A DNA stretch of 64,000 nt from Takakia lepidozioides (lineage: Eukaryota > Plantae > Bryophyta): NCBI GenBank assembly GCA_030704615.1, contig CM060733.1:8680001-8744000 (forward strand), written 5' to 3'. The notes beneath the pieces were generated by a model. It ran no database searches. It worked only from the letters and a program-made list of their open reading frames with translations, and was not told the DNA's origin. Positions 10,359 through 23,011 of the stretch are shown in pieces (position 1 is the stretch's first letter; each line of letters begins with the position of its first letter). The position numbers and the translations under genes are program-made.

Positions 10359-13300
10359 TTTATCCCCCCCCCCCCCCCCTCTTTTGAAATTGTGTCCGCA
10401 CAATTTCGACAGTTCATGTGCTTGATGTATCTCTTGGGGATGTAGGGTGGTGGCATGCCTGTCTGCGGGGTAGGAAGTGCGTCCCAGGATTGTCGTGGTG
10501 GCAGCTTCTTGTTCCTGTTGTCGTCACTGTCTGGTTGCTCCTCTGGTTCGTGAGTAGGCCAGCTTTCGTCATCAGGGTGTTCTGCTATTCCGTCCCCACG
10601 TATCATGTCGATTTTGGTGGTCAAGGTTTCTCGGTAGGTTTGTAGCTCCTCCTTGGTCCAGGGTATAATGTGTTTAGTCGCCCTGCTGCCCATTAACCAG
10701 TTAACCGCTTGCGTCTCTATTTCTCTGAATGGGTGGTCTCTGTCCAAGACCAATGGTGAAAAGTGGTCCTTGCCTAGCGCCATGCTTCAGCATATAGTGG
10801 TATGTTCATATATGCTGAAGTGCCTGCAACTCTCTCTGGTGGCTGGAATTTGGGTAATTCCCAGTGAGTATCTTTTTCAATACTCTCATAGCGTTGCCAG
10901 CTTCCCCTCATTGTCACGAACATCCGGTACAAGTAACTGCCAATATAGAAACTTGGGCAGCCCATTACAATGTCTATTGCCGGGGTAGGATTAATTTTGC
11001 CCCACTGCCCACATGTAAGCTACCAGCTCCTTGTATTCCAAGAGAGCCTGGCGCCAGAATTCAACCAATTCTGCCCTGACCATGTCTCTTCCCTAGCCAA
11101 TGGCCTCATCCTGTATCTCAGAGGTATAAGAGTTTGATTTAGCAGATGCAATTGACCCAATGATCTGCAGGGGGTTAAGGTTTTGAATACCTTTTCCAGT
11201 ATTTCTGGGATTTGGTGGGCTGGGACTACCATCATTTTAAAGTATTCCTCTGAATACTTTAGCCACTCCCCATCCTGCTTGCATGGCATGATTTGGAAAT
11301 CATCCACTGCTATCGAAGTTGATGCCACCAGAACACTTGGTAGTGGTACGGGGTTTACTTCTTGAGTAGATGGCCCTGCTGTGGCCTGTACCAGTGCCTG
11401 TTGACTTGGTGCTGGTTGTGTTGTTGGTGGTGTTTGTGCTGGTGTTGTTGTTGTTGTTGATTGTATCGATGCTTCTTGTTCATGGTCTTGCTCCTCTTGA
11501 TCGTCTTCGTCCATAAGCTCATCTTGTTCTGGAATTGGTGACAGAAATTCCTCGTGAATGTCTGTCACCAACTTCGCCAATTGGCATTTCATCTGTCTTA
11601 CCATTGCCCTGTTGAGTTCCTTCATTTCCAGTTCACTCCCTTCATTCAACTAGGCTCTGGCCAAGGCTGCGTCTGTTGCGTCCAGCTCTGCTTGTAATGT
11701 CAGCTTCTCCAGCTGCTGTTTCCATTCTTGTTCATTGCCCATGGCAATGTCTCTTTCTGTGGTGGCTGTGAACAGCCTGTTTTCAGTATTTTCCATTTCC
11801 CTCAGCAGTGCAATGTTGCATGAGAGCCACTTGTTTCCCTCGTCTTTGGAAATCTTCAACTGCCCCTTGAGTGTCTCCACCTGCTGCTTAAGCGTCTGCA
11901 CCTGTCCTGTGAGTGTTTCCACCTCTGTCTCTGTTTTCCAAGATCGCTCTCGCTCTGCATCGAGGTCGGCTTGGATATGGCGTGTTTCATCTCTCTGTCT
12001 TTGCCACTTCTGCTCCCACTCATCTCTGCATTGTGTCAAAGTGTTGTATTGGCGAAGTAAGGTCGTCTTTTGATCTTCTAACGCTGCAATTGTAACCTCG
12101 TGGTTACATACTGTTCTTGTTGTCGCCAATTCCCTCTGGTGTTTCTCTTTGATGTGGTCTAAGATTATGCTAAGGTTCTCCGGGCTTATGTAATCCTTGG
12201 CCCTATCCATACAAACTGTTACTTGACCCAATGCTTGTATTGCCTACAAAATTACATTCTGTGGCGTTTCTTCCAACCCTGTGTCCTATGCTGTTGTATC
12301 CAGAACCTGTTGTGCTAGTAGTAATTTCAAATTGGAATTATTGTCTTGCTGCTGCTGATTCTGTGTCTCTTGCACCACCTGCTGTTGCTGCTGACTGGGT
12401 GTCTCTTGCACCATCTGCTGTTGCTGCTGGTTGGGTGCCTCTTGCACCATGTGCTATTGTTGCTGACTGGGTGCCTCTTGCACCATCTGCTGTTGATGCG
12501 CCACTATGTCTCCCTCCTCTGTTCCTGGTTGTGTGGCCTCTGTGTGTGCTGTTTGCTTGGTTTCGGTGTTACCATGGCTAATTTCCATGGGTGTTGTTTC
12601 ATTGGTCTGTGGTTGGTTCCCTCCTTCTAGCTGTTGATTCTCCCCTTCTCTCTGCAGTGTGGAATCAGCCATCGAGTTGATGATGTCCTCTGCTGCTGCA
12701 CTTGTGGTTGCTTCATTGATCCGGGCTCTCTTTGCAAGTCCGCCCTCTTCTCCTTCTTGACCTGCTGCCATGTCACTTCCTTTTTCCTCCATCGTATCTA
12801 CCCGTTGCATAATTCCCAACGTCGTTTGCTCTTCGGGTGTCAGGTGTACAGTGTGTCGAATCATTTGGAATAACAAGGGAGTAGCCACGGTAACAGTCGC
12901 TTCCTTCTTCTTCTTTGTCAACCGAGTCAATTCTTGGGTTAACTTCTTCAATAAGAAGCTTGCCCAATTCACGATTTGCCCATTGAGGCAAATCAACACT
13001 TGATCAATTAGCTCCTTGGTGCAGTAGCTGTGGTTTTGCCTGAGGCTAAGCAACGTGCTAAGTACCGGGGCTATCTTCCTAAAGCCGGGGTTTTTGCTGT
13101 GACTGCATGTGTAGCCATGATCGGCTTGGTTGAGATTCTCAAACAAATCTGCAAGTACAAACCTTGGAGGTTTGCCGCTGTGCGCCGGTACCAGACTGGG
13201 AAGGTGAAACACTTCCGCCAAGTACTTCTCCGTCAACAGAATCTGTGTGTCACGGACATTTGTGCTTTGAGTGCTGGTGTTGTAATTCTCCAAGAACTCC

Positions 13301-13704
13301 CTGCACAGCTCGTCATGTTTAAGGTTCCAGTCCAGCGTGGTGATGAAGTATCGCAGGCCAAGACTATCCAATGTCTCCCGTGTCTCTGTGTCTTGCTCGA
13401 TCTTCCGCAACGCCGGGCTGATTTTGAGATTCACTTACCAATAATTTGAAGTCCCCGACCTGGAAGGACGAGGCCGACCCGGCCCCCAATATGACCCTGT
13501 TGGCCCCGGTGTGTCGGCAGGGGATAGCTCCAGGAAGGCCTGGGTAAAACTGTGTGCAAACATCAAAAGAGCTCCACAAAATGCAGATTCGCTCCATGAG
13601 TCCTTCAAATCGACATGGGGGCACCAAGGAATCCTACGCATCAGCATTTCGCAGGATCAATGCATCTGGAACAAGCTGCCAAGCATAGGCCTTATGCCTC
13701 CCAT
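10346..13704 (-). pseudogene. ~1100-codon accessory ORF of an LTR retroelement (env-like / plant-transposon-protein type N-terminal domain plus coiled coil), broken by stops
   Basis: ORFs 13647-13435, 13434-12454, 12231-11650 and 11649-11020 share one frame; 10783-10346 follows after a frameshift and runs into the PPT. Motifs ELCREFLENY..VRDTQILLT..LAEVFHLP and NWASFLL resemble extra ORFs of plant LTR elements. Heptad-rich segment at 11650-12231. Confidence 0.6.
12345..12500. repeat. 36-bp tandem repeat x4 encoding QQQQMVQE(A/T)PSQ-type units
   Basis: TCTTGCACCA recurs at 12368, 12404, 12440 and 12476. Confidence 0.85.
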
Positions 13705-14172
13705 GGTTTCTTTTTAGGGGTCTAGTCTAGACGTCCCCGGTAGTTCGATTGTCCTCCTCGGAGGGTTGGTTCACTTATTCACTTTGGAGGGCCGGGGGGT
13801 TTTAAATTCTTTTCCCCCTAATAATTCTGAATAAAATATTTCCAGGGCCTGAGTCTGTTTTAACAATAATTAACCACTGACCTTTTTTCCTTTTCTTGTT
13901 TTGGACCCTACCGATGCAGTATCCTATGTCCACTTATGACTTCTATTTCCGTTTTCAAACATATTTACCCCTTTTCCTGCTCACGCTTTGCTCACAGGAA
14001 CCAACTCTTAAATTTGGAAGTGGGATATGCTAGAAATGGGCCAATGCGGGGGTGCGAAAATGTGGTTGGGAGATGTGGTCGTGATGTACAACCACGAGTT
14101 CTAAGTTAGAACCAACAAGAACTTGTCATGTCAAGAACTGCCCAAGGTGGAAATATTGAACCGGAAAGGTAA

Positions 14173-14820
14173 CCCTGCTCATCATCTGCTGTTGCTGCTG
14201 GTCGGGTGCCTGTTACACTATCTGCTGTTGCTGCGCCACTATGTCTCCCTCCTTTGATTGTGTGGCCTCTGTGTGTGTTGCTTGCTGTGCTTTGGTGTTG
14301 CCATGGCTAATTTCCATGGGTGTTGCTTCGTTGGTCTGTGGTTTGTTCCCTCCTTCTAGCTGTTGATTCTCCCTTTTTCTCTGTACTGGGGAATCAGCCG
14401 TCGAGTTGATGATGTCCTCTGCTGCTGCACTTGTGGTTGCTTTGTTGATCCGGGCTCTCTTTGCAAGTCCGCCCTCTTCTTCTTCCTGACCTGCTGCCGT
14501 CTCACTTCCTTTTTCCTCCATTGTGTCTACCCGTTGTATAATTCCCAACGTCGTTTGCTCTTCGGCCGTTAGGTGTACAATGTGTCGAATCATCTGGAGT
14601 AACAAGGGAGTCGCCATGGTAACAGTTGCTTCCTTCTTCTTCTTTGTCAACCTGGTCAGTTCTTGAGTTAACTTCTTCAATAAGAAGCTTGCCCAATTCA
14701 CGATTTGCCCATTGAAGCAAATCAACACTTGGTCGATTAGCTCCTTGGTACAGTAGCTATGGTTTTGCCTGAGGCAAAGCAACGTGCTAAGTACTGGGGC
14801 TATCTTCCTGAAGCCAGGAT
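14173..14820 (-). pseudogene. Second, diverged partial copy of the accessory ORF (paralogous to ~12440-13090)
   Basis: ORF 14213..14833 is nearly identical to the C-terminal two thirds of ORF 12454..13434 (PGFRKIAPVLSTLL...DIVAQQQQ). Confidence 0.85.
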
Positions 14821-14917
14821 GTCGATCCTCCATATCTTAGCAGTTTGGCTTCAATTTACTTGGCTGACATTCTGCTAGCTTGAACAAGAGGTGCATCAAT
14901 GCGAACACCTAACTTGT

Positions 14918-15145
14918 TGTAAAGAATGAGTTGATCAACTAACTAGAACACCAGAGGTGTGAATACATATACAACGTTTGTCACAGGGATAAGGAGAGCA
15001 GGACCACATGGGCCTTATCGCTAACTGTAATGAAGCTATAAATACTGATGCAAAAGGTGGCCAACTACTATCTAGATTTAAGGAGCGGTGCATTAACAAA
15101 GGCTTGATCTAGCGGCATCACAACATGGGTGTGTTAATTCCAACA
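14918..15145 (-). repeat. 3' LTR of the copia element (228 bp)
   Basis: Direct repeat of 22795-23011; differs by 3 substitutions and an 11-bp indel by eye. Confidence 0.95.
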
Positions 15146-15180
15146 CCTCCTCTCACACCCATCCTCCTCTCAATACTGAA

Positions 15181-18100
15181 CTACTCTCTTGAGGTGCTTA
15201 GCCTGCTAAGAGAGACAACACCTAGCTTCTCTCTAAGTCCTTCAAATTTCACTCTCCCCAAAGGTTTAGTCAGGATATCTGCTATTTGATCCCCGGTCGA
15301 TACATGTGCAAGATCCACCATTCCTTGTTGTACTTGCTCTCGCACAAAATGATAGTGTACCTCGATGTGTTTTGTGCATGCACGAAGAATTGGATTCTTT
15401 GCAATTTTTATGCTACTCATATTATCACACCAGATTCGTATGGGTTCTTCTCCGAAGATACCTAACTCGTTGGATAGGTGTTGCAACCAAATCGATTCAT
15501 TCGTCCCTTCGGCTAGGGCTCGATACTCGGCCTCTGTAGAGTTGAGAGCCATTGTGGGTTGACGTTTAGAGCACTACGTTACATGACTACCTCCCAGTTG
15601 AAATACGTACCTCGTAGTGGATCTTCTATTTTCCTGGTCACCTGCCTAGTCCGCGTCGGTGAATCCTGTGATCTCGCTGGTTCCTTGTTTCTTGAAGAGA
15701 ACCCCAAGTTCAATTGTCCCCTTCAAGTATCTGAAAATGTGCTTAACTGCTTCCATATGAGGTGCTTGCGGGTTATTCATGAAGCGGCTAATGACACCCA
15801 CATAGTAGGAGATGTCAGGTCTCGTGTTGGTAAGATATATGAGCTTACCAACCATTTGCCGATATATAATAGCATCTGCAAGCTCATCACCCATGTCAAT
15901 GATAAGTTTTGTCCCTTCGAGCATTGGAGTCGATTTTGGGTTGCAATCTGAAAGCCCAAATTGTTCGAGCATTTTGGTGTTGTACCCACGCTGTGTCATG
16001 AAGATGCCCTCCCTGAGATACAAAAATTCTATTCTCAAGTAATGAGACATTTCCCCCAAGTTTGTCATCTCGAATCTCTGCTGTAATTGACCTTTGATTC
16101 TCTCAATTTGGACACTATCATTTCCTGTGATCAACAGGTCGTCAACATATAGCACAAGAATGACAAGTTTCTCACTTTCATTGACATAGTACATATTGTA
16201 GTCAACATTGCTTCTGTCAATACCTTGTTCTTGGAGGTAGTTGTCGATTTTTTCATACCAGGCCCGTGGAACTTGCTTCAGCCCATAGAGGGCTTTGTTC
16301 AACCTGCACACCTTATTCTCCTTCCCAGTGGCAATGAACCCCTCAGGTTGAGTCATGAAGACTTCTTCTTTGAGATCCCCATTAAGAAATGTCGTCTTGA
16401 CATCTAGGTGGTACATCTTCCAATCATGTTGAGCTGCTAGGGCTACAAGTGTTCGTAAGGTGCCCCACTTGACAACGGGCGCAAAGGTCTCATCGTAATC
16501 TATGCCTTCTCTTTGTTCGAACCCTCGAGCCACAAGACGAGCCTTGAATGTATCACCTTTGCCGTCAGCTCCTTCCTTGATTTTATAAACCCACTTTGCC
16601 GTGATTGGATGTTTTTGTGGTGGTAAATCCACTAAGTCCCACGTGGAGTTTCTTTTGATTGAGGCCATTTCTTGATCCATCGCAGCTTGCCATTTCGGAT
16701 TTCCAATTGCCTCAGAATATTTTTGTGGCTCACCAGCTTCTGCAATTGCTACGTAGTCATCGAATCGAATGGGCCGGATGATCGTTCTTCCAGACTTACG
16801 AATAGCCAGTGGGGAATTTATACCTGCTCTCGGCTGCTCATGTGCACCTGCAAGATCTCTATCATCGTCTGAATTTTCAACCCTTTGGTTTGGACTCCAC
16901 TCTGGTGCGAGTGGTTCTGTCGAAGTCGTGGGCACCTCAATACCTAATGGTGGTGAATGACATGACTCCGAGACACTTTGAGTTGAAGGATCAGCAGGTG
17001 TAGCTTTGATGGGAGAAATGCAAGCTTGGTCAGGATCAAGTACAGTGGGTAGATGACATGGTTGCAAATTGTCATTTATGATTGGACTTGGATCTAAAGA
17101 AGCACTTAAGGGAGGTGGAGATGAGGATGTCGGAAGGCTAGACATGCTCGATTCATCAAAGTGAACATCCCTTGTGATGACCACCTTTCTGCCTTGAGGA
17201 CTAAAGCATCTGAAACCCTTGGTCTCCTCATCATATCCCACAAACAGACATTTCAATGACCTTGGACATAACTTAGATGCCACGTCTTCCTTTGTTAATG
17301 ATATGAAGCGTCACACCCTATGGTACCTGAACGTTGAGTAACAGTTACTAGTCAGTTCTAAGTAGTTATTTGTTACGTTGGTTGGTACACGGGTTTCAGA
17401 TGTCAGTTGGCATCAAGGCAGATATTTCTGCTTGTATTGTGATCATGTCTTAATGTTATGCTCTGTGAAAGCGTTATGTCTCTCTCCTGTTGTCATTGTC
17501 TTGTCTTGCCAAGTCTATGGGATTTTAGGAACTATGACATGGTATCAGAGCCACGTAGAGAGCAAGGTGGAAAGACAGTGTCGTTTCTAAGAGAGAACTA
17601 AATCAATTCGTAAGCATGGCTGGAGTAGTCAGGAACTCGGGAAAACTCCGTTTAATAGATACGTTTGATATTTGGAAGCTGAAGATCCGAATGCTATTAT
17701 TAGATAGAGATCTTTGGTCCATAGTAGATGGGACTGAAGCGAAGCCTGCTGCTACAGATCAAAATGCTGTGAAAGAGTGGGAGAAGAGAGATGGAAAAGC
17801 ACTTGCATCAATCCTATTAAACTTAAAAGACTCTCAACTTTTGCATGTCAGTTAGGCTACAACATCTAAGGCAGCGTGGGATTATTTAGTGACAGTATTT
17901 GAAACGAAAGATGTCACTTCTAAGCTTTATTTAAGAAGACGACTGCTCCATTTAAAAATGTCCGAATCAGAATCTGTAGCAGAACATGTTAGTAACTTTA
18001 GATCATTAATCGATCAATTGGCAGGGGTAGGGTCTCTTGTGTCTGCAGACGATCAGGTAGTCACCTTATTAGGTAGTCTACCAGAATCTTTTGATAGCCT

Positions 18101-21100
18101 AGTCATTTCTCTTAGTAGTCAGTAAGCGTTGACTATAAAAAGGGTAACTGGAATGCTACTACAAAAAGAGATGAGGCGAAGAGATTTCGGGGTTGGGACA
18201 ACTGAGAGTGTTGCTTTATTTGCTGGAAGGAAAGCAGGTCTTAATAAAAAGAAAGGAGCCTCAGAAGCAAATAAAAATAACAATATGAGTCTTAGTAGTA
18301 CACCAACAAAAGGGTCGTCAAATAGTTTGTCAAGTAATTCTCTTACACCTACGAAAAAAGAATTTAAGGGTAAATGCTTTTATTGCAAGAAAGTTGGTCA
18401 CATGGCGAAGCAATGTAGGAAGAGAATGACAGACGGGCAAATGAAGAAGGGAGATGGAAAGACCCAAGCTCACTCAGTGGAGGATGCTGATAGTATTGAT
18501 TGTGAGTAACTATTTGTTACAGCTCTCTCTACTTCTTTCTCAAAGGATCTTGATGACTGGTATATTGACTCGGGGGCTTCTCAATATATGACCTCTAACA
18601 AAGATCTGTTTGTAAAGTACAAACAATGGGATCTTGTTCGGAAGGTTTACTTGGGAGACGACAGTAGTCACATAATTCAGGGTCAAGGCCAGGTTTGCTT
18701 TATGCAAGAAGGAAGAAAGAAGTATATAGATGATGTGTTATTTGTTCCAGGGTTGACCAAGAATTTACTGTCAGTGAGTAAAGTTACTGACTCTGAATTA
18801 CAACTTGAGTTTCATGCTAATTATTGTCTTTTGAAGACAACAGATGGAGATGTGGTGGCGAAGGGGGTGAGAGAAGGTAACTTATATAAGTTGTGTGCTT
18901 CTTCAGTCTTACCTCAAGATAAAGCGTCTGAAAGTGCCTTAATCATCAAAGACAGAAGAGTTGATCTTTGGCATCGTAGGCTGACCCATCTCAGTATTAA
19001 ACTCTACGTCTAATGCAAGAACATGGTTCAAGATTTCAATATTGATTGCTCAGTTGGAACCTCTTTTTGCGAAGAGTGCATATTTGGCAAACACCATAGA
19101 CATTTATTTCGTAAAGGAGGAGGAAGTCGTGTCGTGGAGTTGTTGGAGTTGGTACATTCAGACGTTTGCGGCCCCATGCAAACAATATCAATTGGAGGAG
19201 CAAAATACTTTATGACGGTCATAGATGATTTGTCTAGAAGAACACTAGTTTATTTTCTGAAGAATAAAAGTGAAGCTTTAGACAAGTTCAAGATCTATAA
19301 GTCTCTGGTGGAAACACAGACAGAGAAGCGAAGAAATTGCGCTCTGACAATGGAGTCGAGTACAAGTCAAATGCTTTTGCTCAATTTTGCATGAGAGAAG
19401 GAATTGAGCATCAATTGACTGCTCCTTACACCCCAGAGCAGAACGGGGTGGCTGAACGTAAGAACCGGTCATTGGTAGAAGCAACAAGGACAATGTTGAA
19501 GCATAGTGGGTTAGATAACAAATGGTGGGCAGATGCTGTGCAAACGGCCAACTATGTATTAAACAGGTACCTACAAGTGATGTGCCAGGAAGGACACCGG
19601 ATGAAGTTTGGACTGGTCAGAAGCCCTCAGTGAAGCATTTACGTGTTTTTGGTTGTGAAGCTTTTGTTCATATCCCTAAGGAGAAGAGGAAGAAGCTTGA
19701 TGATAAAAGCACAAAGTGTATTTTTGTGGGTTATTCGGAAGCCGGTAAATCCTATCGGTTGTTTGATCTAGCTAACAAAGTCTTGTTAGTTAGTCATGAT
19801 GTGGTTTTCAATGAAGCATAGAAACCAAAGACACTTCGAGGTGGTGAGCCTGAGAAGGGATCAGATGTGGATCTAGGTTTGGACATGGACGAAGATTGTG
19901 ACTCTGTCTCTGATGAGGAAATAGAGACACCACAGCCAAGTAATATTCCAGCAAATGTTCAAGTGGCTCAACCTCAACTACGAGCACCTAGGGCTCAACT
20001 TGATATCCAAGTTCGCAGGTCTATGAGAGAGAGAAGACCCAGTCAAAGACTCATAGAATCTCTCGATTTGTCACAAACAATGCTTGTTGAAAATGAAGAG
20101 CCAGTGTCATTTAAGGAAGCTCTCAGTTGTAGAGAGTCGTCAAGATGGCAAGAGGCTATGAATGAAGAGTTTGCATCCTTACTAAAGAATGGTACTTGGA
20201 AGCTAACTAAACTTCCACAAGGGATAAAGACTGTTGGATGTAAGTGGATCTATAAACTCAAATTTAAAGCAGATGGATCAGTGGAAAGGTATAAAGCAAG
20301 ACTAGTTGCAAGAGGTTTTTCTCAGAGAGAAGGAGTGGATTATAATGAGACATTTTCACCTGTTGCAAAGATATCTTCAATCAGGACTATTTTGGCTATG
20401 TGAACAAAAACCTTGCAACCAAAAATACGGAGGAGTGAAAGATCTGGTTGATACCTGAATATTTTTCCTCCGGAGTGATACCCGAGTTGGCCTTGGTTGG
20501 TGATCGATTCACCATGTAATTTGCCGTGTTAATTGCCTCACTCCACAAGAACTTGGGTAAGTTGCAAGTAAGAGCCATGCTGCGTGCTCTATCAAGCAAA
20601 GTACGATTCTTACGTTCAGCAACACCATTTTGTTGCGCTTGAGTGAGCTGTCTCCGTATGACTTCTTCATTGCAAAATTTGATGAAGTCATTTGAAAGAT
20701 ACTCAGCCCCTCGATCAGATCGTAGAATTTTAATTCTATGCCCTGTCTGATTTTCAACTTGAGCTTTGAAAAACTTGAATTTCTGTAATGCCTCACTTTT
20801 CAGTCTCAAGAAATAAATCCACATTTTTCTTGAATAGTCGTCTGTGAATGTGATAAAGTATCGAGACCCTCTCAACGAAGGTGACAAGGGGCCACATAGA
20901 TCTGTATGTATGAGTTCAAGTACCTGTGTTGCTCGGTTGAGACTTTTCTTCGGGAAGCTCTCCCTGTGGTGTTTCCCATACTGGCAGCCTTCACATACAC
21001 TAGATATCAGCGGCAGTTTTGGCAGCCCTGTTGCAACGTCATTGTTGCTCAAGTGAAAAAGACTTTGAAAATTAAGGTGCCCAAGCCTCTTGTGCCATAG

Positions 21101-22480
21101 GAAAACCTCATCGAGATTTTCGACCACATGCAACTCAACATTGGCGGGCTGAATGTGAAGACGGTATAGTCCTGTTGCATTATCTCTTATACCTCTAGCC
21201 ACAATTTCAGGAGGCGTATTCTTAGTCACCGGCAAACACTTCTCAGAGTCAAATATTGCTACGAGATTAGCATCTGTCAAAGTGCCTATTGATAACAGGT
21301 TCTTTGTGAGGCCTGGCACGTAAAGAACATCGCTGATCTTTTTTATTTCTCCACTCGGGAAACAAATTTTTACATCACCCTTGCCGCGCACAGCGTGCGA
21401 CTGCCCACCGACAGTTTTAACATTAGATGGCTCTGTCGGCTGTTTTATGTGATCTAGAAGTTGTGAGTTTCTAGTCACGTGTCTTGAGGCCCCTGAATCT
21501 AAGATCCATGATGTGTCATCTGTTTCTAAAGCCATTGCTGCAAGTGCCGCCTCCAACACTTCATCGGCAGTCTCTGAATCGTCAATCTCGGGCTCACCTT
21601 CACTGTCATCACAAATGACATTAATTTGTTTTCCTTTGTTCCTCTCAAAGGAAGAAGTTTTATCGGAGAAGGAACTCCCAATACCTAGACATTCCCTTGC
21701 CCAATGTCCTTTCTTTCCGCATTTGTTGCAGTAGCCAGGTTTAGTTTGTGAGCCAAACTGTCCGACATCAGAGTTGAACCTCCTGTTTTCAACTCGATCG
21801 TTTCTCTGTTGCTTGAGGATCCTTCGAAACTTGAGAACTAGGGCCTCCTCGTCTTGGGCTCGAGTTCGATTTGCATTGCGGCTCTCTTCAAGTTGGAGCC
21901 TCCCAGCTATTTCTTGGATGGTTGGGAGTTTTTTTTGGCTCGAGATAGCCCTGATGAAGCTGTCGAAACTGGCTGGCAAGGCATTGATTATCTACTCCAC
22001 GATGATGCTCTCGGATGGCAGTTCACCAAACTCACTGAGTTGGTTGAGTGTATCTTGTACTTGCCTCATGAAGCCAGCGACAGTCATGCCTTCCTCCATT
22101 CGTAGGTTTGAGAAACGATTTCGGATTGCCAACCTCTTGGCGTTGTTCTTGACTTCAAACTGCCTCTTCAAAATATCCCAGCATTCCCTTGGTCCTTTGG
22201 CATGTAGTATGAAAGGTACAATCTGGTCTTTCACCGATAGCTTGATGATAGAAAAAGCCTTCATCCTTTGCTTTCTAAGAACATGATCAGCATCTCTAGG
22301 ATCGGGCAAGAGCTCAGAGACGGAGCTAGTGTCGGCGGAGCTACTACCTTCCTCCGGTTGTACTATTTCCCAAAGATCCTCGCGTTCAAGGATACTTTGT
22401 ATCCTGAACTTCCACATGGCATAGTTTGAAGCTCCTTCAAGCTTCTGGTTCTCACCTATGGAGTGCTCTGTTCCTGACAT
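15181..22480 (-). pseudogene. Copia gag-pol polyprotein, interrupted by stops, frameshifts and a nested insertion
   Basis: Zn knuckle CNKCGKKGHWAREC, protease WILDSGAS, LWHKRLGH, integrase ELIHTDLCGP / LRSDRGAEY / QQNGVAERKNR, RT LYVDDLL, RNase H KHIEVHYHFVRE. Premature stops at 21992 and 15646. Confidence 0.95.
17293..20400 (+). mobile_element. Nested, 3'-truncated Ty1/copia element of a different family, in opposite orientation
   Basis: LTR-like 17293-17539 (TG...CA), PBS TGGTATCAGAGC at 17540-17551, gag from 17616, CFYCKKVGHMAKQC, WYIDSGAS, VHSDVCGP, TPEQNGVAERKNR. RT N-terminus ends at SSIRTILAM. No 3' LTR. Confidence 0.93.
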
Positions 22481-22794
22481 ACTGTTCTACGATGCGATAT
22501 ACACTACAGCAAAAGAAAGAAATAAATATAGTAAGTGTTTACAGATCAATAGCTTACACTAATCTACTTTCAGCATAAAGAAATGCTATGAAGAACTAAG
22601 AGAAAGAAAGCAAACTACTTTCGTGTAGCCTCTCCACGACGTCCCAGTCCCTTGACCATCTTCTTCCTTGTTTCTCTACGAAACAAAAAAAATGCTCTCA
22701 AATATCCTCCTCAGACTCTAACCGTATAGGTCTTGAAGGTACCCTCAAAGATTCATGACTACCCGTGTAGTCTACTATCCTCGCTCTGATACCA

Positions 22795-23011
22795 TGTAAA
22801 GAATGAGTTGATCAACTAACTAGAACACCAGAGGTGTGAATACATATACAACGTTTGTCACAGGGATAAGGAGAGCAAGACCACATGGGCCTTATCGCTA
22901 ACTGTAATGAAGCTATAAATACTGATGCAACTACTATCTAGATTTAAGGAGCGGTGCATTAACAAAGGCCTGATCCAGCGGCATCACAACATGGGTGTGT
23001 TAATTCCAACA
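22795..23011 (-). repeat. 5' LTR of the copia element (217 bp)
   Basis: Adjacent to the PBS; direct repeat of 14918-15145. Confidence 0.95.

Larger units (their letters stand above)
14918..23011 (-). mobile_element. Full-length Ty1/copia LTR retrotransposon (inactivated)
   Basis: LTRs at 14918-15145 and 22795-23011 (TGT...ACA). 5-bp TSD CTTGT (14913-14917, 23012-23016). tRNA-iMet PBS TGGTATCAGAGC on minus (22783-22794). PPT GGGTGTGAGAGGAGG on minus (15146-15160). Domain order gag-PR-IN-RT-RH. Confidence 0.97.

Noticed and set aside
11735-13449. Plus-strand hydrophobic ORFs (e.g. 12231..12581, 12346..12630)
   Set aside because: Antisense shadows of the Q-rich and coiled-coil minus-strand ORF.
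21992-21994. Gag-pol readthrough stop in the copia element
   Set aside because: The TAG lies inside gag, before the Zn knuckle, and other stops occur elsewhere, so it is ordinary mutation.
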